From the NCBI GenBank assembly GCA_021781215.1, contig JAJXXC010000002.1, forward strand, positions 147,371 to 211,370: a stretch of 64,000 nucleotides of DNA, given 5' to 3'. Shown here in pieces: positions 19,507-29,905 of the stretch; the stretch's first letter is position 1; the number at the start of each line of letters is the position of its first letter. The notes beneath the pieces were generated by a model that was not told the DNA's origin, made no database searches, and was given only the letters and a program-made list of their open reading frames with translations. The DNA is from a bacterium. Lineage in GTDB: Bacteria; Patescibacteriota; Saccharimonadia; Saccharimonadales; DATKHC01. A program made the position numbers and the translations under genes.

Positions 19507-21915
19507 CTAAATTGAGGGTCCGGTAGGGAATGTGGCGAGGGTTGATGGGCTCAGGTTGGTGATATAGGGGCTAGTGGTGCCACTAGCTATAACCAATGCA
19601 TTCCAGCTTGAGAACGGATCCTTAATACCATTATTTAGAGAGTAAATTGTGCCTGTTGATGGATCGGCTACATAATTGCTGGCTGGACTACACTGCGCCA
19701 AATTAAGATTACGATATAATCTACCGCTGTATACTTGAGCATTTATGATTCCAGTTTGAGTTTGTCCATAATTTGACAATTGATTGGTAGTTAATGAATA
19801 ACAGCCATTCTGATCAGCAATGTACTCAGTATTGTTCGAATAATCATAAATATATTTTTGAACTACTACATTATTATATGGATAATTTTGATCTAAATTA
19901 GCTTGTGGTATTGTCTCTATATCGGACCAGTTGAAGTGATAGGCAATAAAATCAGAACCAGATGCAAACAGAATTCGGCTGTTGCCTGAAACCATGTAAA
20001 CAGCACCATTATTATCTGATTTAACCAACTCGCCATCAGCCAACTTAATACCACCAGTTGGTATAGAGGACAGAACATAATTGCCTAAGCCAGTAATTTG
20101 ACTTATGCCAAGTTGCGTGAGAGTGGATAAGGAAGGTATAGTCTCTCTAGTTCCGTTTTCCAAATACCAGACAACGGGAGAATTGGGTGAATTTATAGCT
20201 TGACTCAAGGGGCTACTTGCAGACGGTACATTGTTAATCAGTCCGCTTAAATCTGAGTTTAGATTAATAGTCCCGCTAAAGGTTCCATAATTAGAGGGTA
20301 TAGAATATTTATTTGAGCCATTTAATAAATACGTTGTACCTTGATTATTTGTGACCATACAACTAGTTAAATTGACAGTACTATTAATCGGCGCCACGTC
20401 AGTATCATATACCAATGAGTACATAGGTGTTTTTAGAGATGAACCAAATCCCCAGCAATTATATTCATCCATTGAGGATAATCCGTAGTAGGATCCGTTT
20501 AACAATAAGAAAACGGTACCTGCGCTGTTATTAATTAAGACTTCACGATTTACTATGGGTAGGCCCGAAGGAATCATAACTGATATGGAATCACTTACTG
20601 GCGTATAGGCACCGCTGGGATTTAGTGCAGCATAAGTTGAATAATCGAATATAATTCGTTTATAACCAGCATTAATTTGAAAAACCGAATTGTGAGGATT
20701 TTGGATATAGTCGGTAAGAGCCCCGGATCCTTTTATTAATGCAATGAAGCTAAGTGGTAGGTAGGCGATATTAGAGGTATTGAAGTTAAACCCATAAAAT
20801 TGGTTCATGTCTGTTATGGCATATTTTTGGCCAACAGTTACTAGAAATATCGCTGGATTATTAACAGCCTGCACTAGATAGCTTAAGGCTGGGCTGATGC
20901 CATTAGTGTTAACGCTCGGGGTCGGTATATTATCTACTTCTGTTTGAGTAAAAGTTTGAATTGCTCCAGGATTTATACCATAGTCTTGGAGCATCGCCAT
21001 GGTTGGAACCGCGACTTTGTAGCCATTCACGAATAGATAGACCCCAGCACCCGTAGATGACTTAAATGCATATGGCGTAGCTGAGCCACCAAACCATAGG
21101 GAGAAATAGAATACAAAATTATAACTACCAGAGTAGTATTCTTGAGCACTACCTGGAAAGACGTGGGGGGTATAGCAGTACAAAGATGATGTTGCGGCAT
21201 TTGGCAGAGTGAAATTAGCATAACCAGTTCCATAGTCATCATAAAATGTTATATTATTGCCAGTTTTTAGAGCGGCGCTATAATATCTTGTCGTACCATT
21301 GCATGGATATGATGTTGCCGGGAAACCACCATAACTGTTTCCGCTAATTGCCTCGAAGTTGTAACGAAATTGCCATGCTGACCATGCTAATTGAGTAAAA
21401 AATCCTGGATATGATGCACAGCCACTACTGTCTGGACAACCATAACCCATAGCATAGTTTAATTGAGAGGCTGTCGGATTAGGGGTTGTGACTAATGATT
21501 GTTCCTTTTGCATAGTTGCTAGCAAAACCTGAGGATTGATACCATAAGCCTGAGAAGTATCATAGATTATTTGTGCTGCAGATACAGTGGCGCCACAAGA
21601 ATAATAGGAAGAATAAACAGACATCATGGCACCACTAGTGGCGGTGCCACAAACTTCAGTATCAGAGAAGGTCGCTAGACCGCTACCCTCATTTTGTAAA
21701 AATGTCTGTATAGAAGCAGCTGTCATAGTAAAAGATGCCCTGAAAGTCGAGTCATCCATTAGATAACTCGTATAATTATAAGTAATGGCACTAGCCTTAG
21801 GGGTTTGAAATAGTAATTGAGATGAGATTAATAACCCAAACGTTATAACGATGAAAAATCCTGATCGTCGTATGATGTGATTAAGGCTAGAAGTTGACAG
21901 GTATCTGGACTTCAT
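19507..21915 (-). CDS. Large secreted/cell-surface protein with about nine degenerate 40-50-aa repeats
   Basis: 802 aa. N-terminal signal anchor (..FFIVITFGLLISSQLLFQTPKASA). Cys-containing N-terminal domain with AAQIIYDTSQAYGINPQVLLATMQKEQSLV. C-terminal 500 aa made of repeats of the type xVYLhxNGxKxxIPS....G......I..V......IP. Rich in N/S/T/Y/G. Confidence 0.7.
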   Translation of the reverse strand: MKSRYLSTSSLNHIIRRSGFFIVITFGLLISSQLLFQTPKASAITYNYTSYLMDDSTFRASFTMTAASIQTFLQNEGSGLATFSDTEVCGTATSGAMMSVYSSYYSCGATVSAAQIIYDTSQAYGINPQVLLATMQKEQSLVTTPNPTASQLNYAMGYGCPDSSGCASYPGFFTQLAWSAWQFRYNFEAISGNSYGGFPATSYPCNGTTRYYSAALKTGNNITFYDDYGTGYANFTLPNAATSSLYCYTPHVFPGSAQEYYSGSYNFVFYFSLWFGGSATPYAFKSSTGAGVYLFVNGYKVAVPTMAMLQDYGINPGAIQTFTQTEVDNIPTPSVNTNGISPALSYLVQAVNNPAIFLVTVGQKYAITDMNQFYGFNFNTSNIAYLPLSFIALIKGSGALTDYIQNPHNSVFQINAGYKRIIFDYSTYAALNPSGAYTPVSDSISVMIPSGLPIVNREVLINNSAGTVFLLLNGSYYGLSSMDEYNCWGFGSSLKTPMYSLVYDTDVAPINSTVNLTSCMVTNNQGTTYLLNGSNKYSIPSNYGTFSGTINLNSDLSGLINNVPSASSPLSQAINSPNSPVVWYLENGTRETIPSLSTLTQLGISQITGLGNYVLSSIPTGGIKLADGELVKSDNNGAVYMVSGNSRILFASGSDFIAYHFNWSDIETIPQANLDQNYPYNNVVVQKYIYDYSNNTEYIADQNGCYSLTTNQLSNYGQTQTGIINAQVYSGRLYRNLNLAQCSPASNYVADPSTGTIYSLNNGIKDPFSSWNALVIASGTTSPYITNLSPSTLATFPTGPSI

Positions 21916-22435
21916 TTATTTCTTTTCCGTTAGGATCAGTACTAAATACATCTAATCGACCAGTACTACTTGTTGATTTAAAATTGATAGTAGCTGAGAA
22001 TTTTCCACCAACTACGCTTATGGTGCCTTGTGATATGACGCCTGACTGATTATCGATTAAGGTATAGCCTATACTACCTACGCTAGCTAAGCCATTTAAT
22101 AGAAATCCTGATGCAATAGTTGAATTAGCTATTGGTTGCTGTAGAGTAATAGCTCCTGACTGAGACTGGACCCATTGACTTGGTAATGTAGCAATTGTTG
22201 ACGGGCTTTTCCCAGAATTATCTACGGTAGTGCCCTTAGAGCTAGAAGTGGATCCGGCTGGTTGGCTAACACTACTGTTAGCTTTGGTTGGCAATTGTTT
22301 AATTGTAGGTTTCGGTGGGGGTTGCTTGGTAATCTGGTTATTGGGTCGAATATGGAAATAGTAGACTACGCCTAGAGCAATAAGTACCAGGACGATAGTC
22401 GATGATATCTTATGGTGTTTGAGTATTTTTATCAT
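21887..22435 (-). CDS. Membrane-anchored protein with Gmad2-type Ig-like domain
   Basis: 182 aa. N-terminal TM (IVLVLIALGVVYYF), P/S/T-rich linker, and a C-terminal ..ITLQQPIANSTIASGFLLNGLAS....GKFSATINF....GRLDVFSTDP..G domain pattern. The last 29 nt overlap the start of the 802-aa gene. Confidence 0.6.
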   Translation of the reverse strand: MIKILKHHKISSTIVLVLIALGVVYYFHIRPNNQITKQPPPKPTIKQLPTKANSSVSQPAGSTSSSKGTTVDNSGKSPSTIATLPSQWVQSQSGAITLQQPIANSTIASGFLLNGLASVGSIGYTLIDNQSGVISQGTISVVGGKFSATINFKSTSSTGRLDVFSTDPNGKEINEVQIPVNF

Positions 22436-22570
22436 ATATTTATTTTTAATTACCCAGTAATAATATCATGTCAATGAGTATTGCTCAATGTATGAATAAT
22501 CTTGTTAATGAGTGATAACCAGTATTGAAAAATTAGCTCCACGGGTTATCACGCCTAAGAAAGACGGATT

Positions 22571-23302
22571 TTATTTAAGTTTTTTCAATCTTATTTTTGG
22601 AACAAGGATAAGGTTAGTTAATATAGTAGATTTTGGTAGTTTTGATTTACCGTGTTGTCTATCTCGGAAAATTATTGGTATTTGTTGTATGCCATGCGCG
22701 TTTAAGACGGACAGATATTTTAAATTAATTAAGAAACCGTACCCCGTGCTATTAATTTTGGAGTAGTTAATTTTATCAAGAAGGTCTTTAGAATACATAT
22801 TGTAGCCTCCGGTATAATCGGATATTTTATTGCTAAGAATGAGACGAGCATAGAAGTTACCTACTTTGCTAAGCATCCTTCGTGATAATGGCCAGTCTGG
22901 TGTATCTCCTCCTGGTATATAACGCGATCCTACGACCAGATCATTATCCCCCGATAATTTTATAAATGCAGGTAAATAGACTGGATCGTGTGATAGATCA
23001 GCATCCATTTGTATAATAAAATCCGAGCCTTGATCTAATAAATTACTAAAGCCCTCTATGTATGCACGACCCAACCCGTTCTTAATTTTTCTTGCCAATA
23101 AATCAATTTTGAAATTTTTGGTATTGTATTTATTTGCGAATTCTTTGACGATTTCGGCAGTACCATCTGGAGAATTATCATCAATTACTAGTATGGTAGT
23201 AGATATTAAAGGTAAGTTGACCAAGCTTAAGTGTATATTCTCAAGCAATTGGCCAATATTAGTTGCTTCGTTATATGTAGGTATTGCTATCCCTAAATTC
23301 AT
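22571..23302 (-). CDS. Polyprenol-phosphate mannosyltransferase-like GT2 (Ppm1/Dpm1 type)
   Basis: 243 aa. IAIPTYNEATNI...ILVIDDNSPDGT...GLGRAYIEGF...IIQMDADLSHDP...VVGSRY is a near-textbook Dpm1/Ppm1 motif set. Confidence 0.85.
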   Translation of the reverse strand: MNLGIAIPTYNEATNIGQLLENIHLSLVNLPLISTTILVIDDNSPDGTAEIVKEFANKYNTKNFKIDLLARKIKNGLGRAYIEGFSNLLDQGSDFIIQMDADLSHDPVYLPAFIKLSGDNDLVVGSRYIPGGDTPDWPLSRRMLSKVGNFYARLILSNKISDYTGGYNMYSKDLLDKINYSKINSTGYGFLINLKYLSVLNAHGIQQIPIIFRDRQHGKSKLPKSTILTNLILVPKIRLKKLK

Positions 23303-23377
23303 TCTAATCCTTTTTACTCATACAATCTTATCATGATAAGAAATATAGGACTACAGACAGGATATATCGTATCTAAT

Positions 23378-24739
23378 CTATTTTTTTGTGCTTAGATTAA
23401 TAAACCAAGTGTTGCCAGGATTCTCAGGTATTTGAATTAAAGTATGTGCCCTCGATTGATTAAGTATAGTGACATCTCTTTTATATATCGAAGAATAATT
23501 ATAGAAATTCTTATTAACCCTTAAGCTATTATATTGAAGTGCGGTAAATACACCGAAAATCATAAACATTATTAAAAAAAGATACTTTGCTTTTTTCTTA
23601 ATATAGGTATCAGTCGCTATAGCTATTACGATGGTCATAAACAGAATTCCATAAAAAAAGTAACGATTGCCATAAGTTGCGGTAGACATAAATTTCAATG
23701 CATCTGTCGGGCTAAAATTACCTCCAGCAAGTGCCCCTATTAGAGATGCGCCGGTGAATAATAATAAGAAAATAGCTAAGTATTTAATTTTTGACGAGGC
23801 ATCTTTAATAAGAATAATTATAGAAGTTAATGCTAGTAATGAGCAGAATATAAGTAAAACGAAAAAATGTTTATCGGGTATTGTCGGACTAATATCTATG
23901 CGTGCATGACGGAAGGCTGGTGTAACGATTTGGTTATATATTTCTATAACAGTATATCTTGATGAAGTAATGGTCGTGAGTGGTATGTTTGGCCTAGAGT
24001 AGGCGCTAAACAAATGAACTAGCACCTGTATGATACTTCCAATAACACTGCTTATTAAGAAAAATAAGTTATATTTTTTTCGCCAAAACCATTCAAAACC
24101 TATTATTAACAAATAGAACCAAGCAAAGGGTAGAGTCAAACAAGCCAGAATAAATAATAGTTTTTCAATCAAGTTAACGAGTCTATATTTTGATGGTGTA
24201 ATAAGATAAATACTCAGGCCGACTATGCCTAGCAGGAAGATTGAGTTTGAAAAGTTAAAGAAAAATTCATTAAAATTTGCTAATAGTCCCAAACTTAGTG
24301 CCATGAATATTTTTTGATAGTTGTTGGTGAAAATTTTTGTTCTGAATGAAAATAGGTAGTAGCACATTAAAATAAATAGACCAAAACCAGCCATATTGAA
24401 TAATATTGGTGCAATTTGAAGAGGTAACATCGATACTAAATAGGCAAATATACGTTCTGACGTGTGAGCAAACCCAGCATATGGGGCAAGAATCGACTTA
24501 GCACCACTGTTATATGCATTAGCCAACCAAACGGAACCGTCTTCAGCATATAATTGAGGGACTCTGATATATTGCCAACTTCTTATTAAATATAGCAACG
24601 ATGGCAAAACAACAAAGCTAGCGGTAATTAGATTATTAGGAATTTTTTTGCCAATATTACTCAGAAAACTGGTAAATTTATAATATTGTCTTTCAAATAT
24701 ATTGTGCATAAAATATTCTTGGGTTATTTTGTTGCTCAA
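23378..24739 (-). CDS. Polytopic membrane protein, GT-C-like glycosyltransferase candidate
   Basis: 453 aa with more than 10 predicted TM. Acidic motif YAEDGSVW in the first extracytoplasmic loop. Directly upstream of the Ppm-like GT2 in the same operon. The track start is TTG; ATG at 24709 (MHNIFERQ..) is an alternative. Confidence 0.55.
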   Translation of the reverse strand: MSNKITQEYFMHNIFERQYYKFTSFLSNIGKKIPNNLITASFVVLPSLLYLIRSWQYIRVPQLYAEDGSVWLANAYNSGAKSILAPYAGFAHTSERIFAYLVSMLPLQIAPILFNMAGFGLFILMCYYLFSFRTKIFTNNYQKIFMALSLGLLANFNEFFFNFSNSIFLLGIVGLSIYLITPSKYRLVNLIEKLLFILACLTLPFAWFYLLIIGFEWFWRKKYNLFFLISSVIGSIIQVLVHLFSAYSRPNIPLTTITSSRYTVIEIYNQIVTPAFRHARIDISPTIPDKHFFVLLIFCSLLALTSIIILIKDASSKIKYLAIFLLLFTGASLIGALAGGNFSPTDALKFMSTATYGNRYFFYGILFMTIVIAIATDTYIKKKAKYLFLIMFMIFGVFTALQYNSLRVNKNFYNYSSIYKRDVTILNQSRAHTLIQIPENPGNTWFINLSTKK

Positions 24740-24895
24740 GATATTGTATTAAATTATATATAAAAATAATAGGTTTGAGACGAGAAGTCCAATTGATTCC
24801 GACAGCTGTATGCATAAATATGTTGAGAATAATATTCACACGGCCTAATGTTATGTAATAATAAGTGATAGTTTTAATGCTAGGGGAATAAATTC

Positions 24896-25753
24896 ATGTT
24901 AGATTTAGATATAAGCAAGGGTTTGTCAGAAGAAAAAATAGATATCAGTGGCTTTAGTGGATCTGACCCTACATTTGTTAGTCGTTATTTAATAATATCT
25001 GTTATTTTGCAGGCTTACCAAAAGCATCTAGGATCCAAGAAGTTAAAAGTCTTAGACGTGGGTGGATCCGGTAGTATCCTAAGAAAATTCATAGACGTTG
25101 ATCTAACTATCATTGATATTCTACCGAATGAGGCAAATCTGGAAAATTATATTCAAGGGAGTGCCTTAATCATGCCATTTGCTGACAATAGTTTTGACGT
25201 GGTTATATCTTGCGATGTACTGGAGCACATAAGCAAGACTGACCGGCCACAATTTTTAACAGAATCATCGCGAGTTACTAAAGACTTGATGATTACCGCT
25301 GCTCCTTTTAATCTTGATGGTGTACGCAAGGCTGAAATATCAGCCAATAAGTTTTACAAAGACATGACCGGAGAAGACCACCGTTGGCTATTTGAACATT
25401 TGCTAGATGAGTTACCTGATTTGCAGAATGCAACTAAGGTACTTAGTAATTCAGGACTAGAAGTTTCTCATTTTTCTCATACCTCGCTAGACAATTGGCA
25501 GCTAGTAACTCGGGCTGGATTTTTAGTAGCCCAAGAATCGATACACCCAAAGTTTGTTGCTAAAGTAAAAGAACTAAATAATTACTACTTGAGTCATATG
25601 ATGCAGTCTGACTTTTCTGCCACAGGCTATCGAAGTTTTATGGTGGCCAGTAAAAAGCAAAAAATCAATATTAAGACAGAGCCAGACATCTATCGACCAG
25701 AGCTTGAGATTATTTTCTCAATGTTAAGTGATGCCTTCTTAAAACTTTTATGA
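24896..25753 (+). CDS. Class I SAM-dependent methyltransferase
   Basis: 285 aa. VLDVGGSGS (motif I) and FDVVISCDVLEHI (motifs II/III). Confidence 0.8.
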   Translation: MLDLDISKGLSEEKIDISGFSGSDPTFVSRYLIISVILQAYQKHLGSKKLKVLDVGGSGSILRKFIDVDLTIIDILPNEANLENYIQGSALIMPFADNSFDVVISCDVLEHISKTDRPQFLTESSRVTKDLMITAAPFNLDGVRKAEISANKFYKDMTGEDHRWLFEHLLDELPDLQNATKVLSNSGLEVSHFSHTSLDNWQLVTRAGFLVAQESIHPKFVAKVKELNNYYLSHMMQSDFSATGYRSFMVASKKQKINIKTEPDIYRPELEIIFSMLSDAFLKLL

Positions 25754-27690
25754 AAAACCCAATATCCCGCCTTAAATCCTATTCGCCAGTTGTTAAAAAA
25801 CGTAGTCTTTATGCATCCATAGGCCGCGAACAAGTCCACGCTAATCGTATTATTCAATTACTCCACGAAACTGATGATAAAACACGGGAAATAATAAGCC
25901 TAAAGAACGAGACGAGACGATTAGAAACGAAATTACAGCGTGAAAATGAGTATACCAAATGGCTTTCTATCAATTACCCAACGACCACAATACTCACTGG
26001 ACAACGATTTGATTCAACTAATTTTGGTTATAGACCTCTAATATCGATTATTTTGCCCGTATACAATACCAATCCAGAGTATCTAAGAATTTGTATAGAA
26101 TCAGTTTTAGCTCAGTCCTATGTTAATTGGCAACTATGTATCGTCGATGATGCCTCAACCAATCAGGATACTGTAGGTATGTTGAATAAGTATACTAAAA
26201 GTGACCCTAGAATAGTTTTTAAACGGGCTAAGATCAATGGCCATATCAGCGTAGCCAGCAATCAGGCTATTGATATGGCTACTGGTGAATTTATTGCCCT
26301 ACTAGACCATGATGATTTTTTGTGGCCAAATGCTTTATACGAAGTTGTAAAAGTGTTACAAAATCACAAAGATGCAGATCTAATTTATAGCGATGAAGAC
26401 AAGATTGAGGCCGATGGTTTTACGCATTTCTATCCATACTTTAAACCCGACTGGAGCCCACATCTATTGGAGTGCATTAACTACATTACACATTTTAGTG
26501 TTCTCAGGGCTTCTCTGGTCCGACGGCTTGGAGGATTTGACAAACATTTGGTTGGCGCACAAGACTGGGATTTATTTCTTCGAGCCGGTGAGCACACTGA
26601 TAAGGTATACCATATACCGACGGTTCTCTATAGTTGGCGCTCACATTCTGGCTCGACAGCAATGAACTTATCGGCAAAAGATTATGCCCTAGCGAACCAG
26701 AGAACAGCATTAGATAATCACCTTAGACGCATGAATAAAAGCCCATACGAGATATCGACTGGCATACATAGTGGTTTTTGGAACCCCGGCTATAAGCCAT
26801 CACACAAAGCCCTAATTTCAATTATTATTCCAACTAAAGATAAGTCTGAATATTTACGACGTTGTATCGACACTATATTAGGCAAAACAACATACAAAAA
26901 CTACGAAATTATTATTGTTGATACAGGTTCTAGGGAGCTGGACACTAAAACTTACTATCGAGAGCTAAGGGCTAATGCAAACATTAAAAAACTGCACATT
27001 AAGTATTGGCGTCACCAGCCATTTAATTATTCTGAGGCATGTAATTTTGGAGCCAAGCATGCTACAGGTGAGTATTTGGTAATGCTCAATAATGATACTG
27101 AAATAATAACCGATAGCTGGTTGGAGGATATGTTGGGGTATGCTCAGCAAGATGACGTGGCAGCTGTCGGAGTTAAATTACTTTATTCCGATCATACCGT
27201 TCAACATGCGGGGGTTATGGTTGGTATAGGTAACGTTGAACCAGTTGCTGATCATGTTGGAGTTAGATCAGGCTCCATAGAAGACGATCAGTCTCACGAA
27301 GTTTACGTTAATACTATTAGAGACAGTTCCGCAGTTACAGCTGCCTGTATGATGATCTCCGTTAATAAGTTTTGGCAAGTCAAAGGATTCGATCCATTGC
27401 TTAGGGTAACTTTTAATGATGTAGATTTGTGTATGAAATTTATAAAAGCAGGCTACAGAAATATATATTTACCCCAAGTTGAGCTAATACATCATGAATC
27501 CATATCTGTAGGCAGAGTCCACCAAAATAGAGATATGAAAGAATTGGAAAAGGCTGCTAAATTTATGAGAAAACGATGGAATGGCTCATTGGACGTTGAC
27601 CCATACTATAATAGGAACTTCTACAAACTTAGTAGTAATTTTGGCCTAGATGTTCATGCAGACAGAAAGATAAAACCTACCATTAAATGA
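25750..27690 (+). CDS. Bifunctional glycosyltransferase with two GT2 domains and an N-terminal coiled coil
   Basis: 646 aa. Two copies of the GT2 signature: ISIILPVYNTNPEYLRICIESVLAQS..IVDDAS and ISIIIPTKDKSEYLRRCIDTILGKT..IIIVDTGS. ATGA start/stop overlap with the methyltransferase gene. Confidence 0.85.
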   Translation: MKNPISRLKSYSPVVKKRSLYASIGREQVHANRIIQLLHETDDKTREIISLKNETRRLETKLQRENEYTKWLSINYPTTTILTGQRFDSTNFGYRPLISIILPVYNTNPEYLRICIESVLAQSYVNWQLCIVDDASTNQDTVGMLNKYTKSDPRIVFKRAKINGHISVASNQAIDMATGEFIALLDHDDFLWPNALYEVVKVLQNHKDADLIYSDEDKIEADGFTHFYPYFKPDWSPHLLECINYITHFSVLRASLVRRLGGFDKHLVGAQDWDLFLRAGEHTDKVYHIPTVLYSWRSHSGSTAMNLSAKDYALANQRTALDNHLRRMNKSPYEISTGIHSGFWNPGYKPSHKALISIIIPTKDKSEYLRRCIDTILGKTTYKNYEIIIVDTGSRELDTKTYYRELRANANIKKLHIKYWRHQPFNYSEACNFGAKHATGEYLVMLNNDTEIITDSWLEDMLGYAQQDDVAAVGVKLLYSDHTVQHAGVMVGIGNVEPVADHVGVRSGSIEDDQSHEVYVNTIRDSSAVTAACMMISVNKFWQVKGFDPLLRVTFNDVDLCMKFIKAGYRNIYLPQVELIHHESISVGRVHQNRDMKELEKAAKFMRKRWNGSLDVDPYYNRNFYKLSSNFGLDVHADRKIKPTIK

Positions 27691-27923
27691 TACGTCAGTA
27701 TATAACCTCTGCATTTAGTTGTGGGTTTATATCAATTTATCTTTGAGCTTTATATATGATAAATATACGTATTGGATGAGCGTTGTGTCTTAATTATTTA
27801 CCATGATTAATATTTTTTAAGTTAAGCAATAGATTAAACGTGCCATTTACTACAGACGTTATTACCTAAATTAAAGAGCCAAACGCAACCTGCGTTAAGT
27901 CTAGCTATTTACTCTGGTTTCGT

Positions 27924-28055
27924 TTAATCCAATTGTAAGCTTAGGTAGGTGTATGCCAGTCTAGTTTCCCTTGGTTTGTTATTAAGCTTCCTGGCAATGT
28001 CATCTAGCTCATATTGACTAAGATCACGGATATCACTGTGTATCGGTTGGTAGGG
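27924..28055 (-). pseudogene. IS30-family transposase C-terminal remnant
   Basis: The minus-strand frame, opening just after an in-frame TGA at 28056..28058, reads PYQPIHSDIRDLSQYELDDIARKLNNKPRETRLAYTYLSLQLD then stop. L.QY..ELD.IA..LNN.PR.T is the conserved C-terminal tail of IS30 transposases. No catalytic DDE region remains. Confidence 0.5.
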
Positions 28056-28085
28056 TCAACCAAGATGGAAAAAAATAGGCGCTAA

Positions 28086-29798
28086 TTACACCAGTTTGGT
28101 CTTATCAGAAATTTTGTTAATACATAAATCCAAAAAAGTGAACAAAGTCATAAAATCAAATATTATTAGTAAAGGATAAATACAGGCAAAATAGAGTGTA
28201 TTAATTCCTGGAAAGGATGTTGCGGTCACGAGAGATAATAAAATCATCCTAACCACAATAACCATAACTACTAAACCCAGGATTATAAACAGAGAGTTTG
28301 CATAGACTTTTTTCACAAATAACAATATTAGATATATCAAAATTGATAAATAAGTAAGCACAGGAAAGGTCAGTTGATATATTTTTCCTATGCCAACAAG
28401 ATAGTCTATTTTTCTCTGGTTGTTATAATTACTAATTGGTTCATTAGTAATTATTGAAAATAGCTTAAATGAACTAGGATCTCCAATTATATTTGGTGGT
28501 GATGGATTATATTGTTGAAACCCAGAAATGAAATTAAAGGCATGTCCCATTGTTGAAATAAATGGATGTATGTAGCGTGAATTTAAAGGAGGATACATAT
28601 TATCGGTTGATTTAGTACAAGTTAGCTTGCCTTGATTACAGGCCCCATTAACTTGATTTGCTAATTGTTGATAGTAATTCATGGCCGTATGCCCATTTTT
28701 ATAATATCCAGCAGCTTCTACAGAATATCGAAATGCCCAAAGAAACCATCCGCCGGCAATTTCACCAGGGTATTGAGGATAGACGGAGGCAGATATATTG
28801 GTCCACGCCTCTCCAATGTTACCCTCCAGATAAGGTTTTAATTGTGAAAATGCGGGGCTAATCTTATATATAGCTTCTCGGCTTGATTTTGAAACCGGTA
28901 TAACCGGCACCCAGTTTCCGGTCTCAACACGCGTTAATGAACTATAGGCATCCAAAAATTGTGGAGATTGAACCTCAACAACATTATTAACTCTATAGTA
29001 GTGATAATTTATAGAGGATATTGTAAATACCGATAACCATAAAATAATAAATGGTAGCAACAATATAGCCAATCTCCATTTCCAATAAGGCGTTTTTGCT
29101 CTTTGCCAAATAGTTAATCCGAAAAGATACATAATTAAGCTAACGCAAAAAGGTATAATCCAGATACCATCTTCTCTAGTAAGCCAAAAAGATGATAATA
29201 CTAATCCGGCTGCTATGGAAATAAAAATATATTTCCATAATTTAGACTTACGATAAGCAACTAATGCAATAAATAAAGAAACGGTAAGTAATGTTAACGC
29301 CGGATAGATACCATTTCTTATAACCCGAGCTGCAGGCATTGTGTCGGAGGAAATCGGATTAAAAATAAGTGCTAATCCAAGCAGAGTAGCAATAATGTAT
29401 TTTAGTTTGTTTGATTTCTTAACAATTGGATATAAACAGATGAATGGATAGATGCTTACCAAGAAGACTAAGCAAGCAATAATATATAAAATTTGTTCTG
29501 ACAAGAGTAGTGGCGTGTGGATTAAATGTATTAGTGCCAAATATATTGGATAAAAAGGTCCTTTGATTAAAGTTAGGCTATTGTAAGAACCGAGCCATTG
29601 TCCGTGTAGAATATTATTAGCTAGGTTGATAAAGAGTCTATCATCTTCCATGGCAGAGCTGTTATATTGAAGATGCTGCCCACTGACTAAACCTAATTTA
29701 AAAAGACTTCCAATTAATAATATTAACCACATTGCCCATTTATAAATTTTTTTATTTGTAGTATTTAAAAAAGTAGTGGATAATTGAGATATATTCAT
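28086..29798 (-). CDS. Polytopic GT-C-type glycosyltransferase candidate (ArnT/PMT-like)
   Basis: 570 aa with more than 10 predicted TM. First-loop acidic motif AMEDDRLFINLANNILHGQWLG resembles the DE..Y...A motif of the ArnT/PMT families. Large extracytoplasmic domain between TM blocks. Confidence 0.6.
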   Translation of the reverse strand: MNISQLSTTFLNTTNKKIYKWAMWLILLIGSLFKLGLVSGQHLQYNSSAMEDDRLFINLANNILHGQWLGSYNSLTLIKGPFYPIYLALIHLIHTPLLLSEQILYIIACLVFLVSIYPFICLYPIVKKSNKLKYIIATLLGLALIFNPISSDTMPAARVIRNGIYPALTLLTVSLFIALVAYRKSKLWKYIFISIAAGLVLSSFWLTREDGIWIIPFCVSLIMYLFGLTIWQRAKTPYWKWRLAILLLPFIILWLSVFTISSINYHYYRVNNVVEVQSPQFLDAYSSLTRVETGNWVPVIPVSKSSREAIYKISPAFSQLKPYLEGNIGEAWTNISASVYPQYPGEIAGGWFLWAFRYSVEAAGYYKNGHTAMNYYQQLANQVNGACNQGKLTCTKSTDNMYPPLNSRYIHPFISTMGHAFNFISGFQQYNPSPPNIIGDPSSFKLFSIITNEPISNYNNQRKIDYLVGIGKIYQLTFPVLTYLSILIYLILLFVKKVYANSLFIILGLVVMVIVVRMILLSLVTATSFPGINTLYFACIYPLLIIFDFMTLFTFLDLCINKISDKTKLV

Positions 29799-29905
29799 AT
29801 AATGCCTTAAGATATTGAGTATTATACAGAGGTTTGCAATAATAAAAAATTACGCTTTATTAAAAGGACATTCGTTATCCTGTCGTGTTGTGTAGAACTA
29901 GTATT

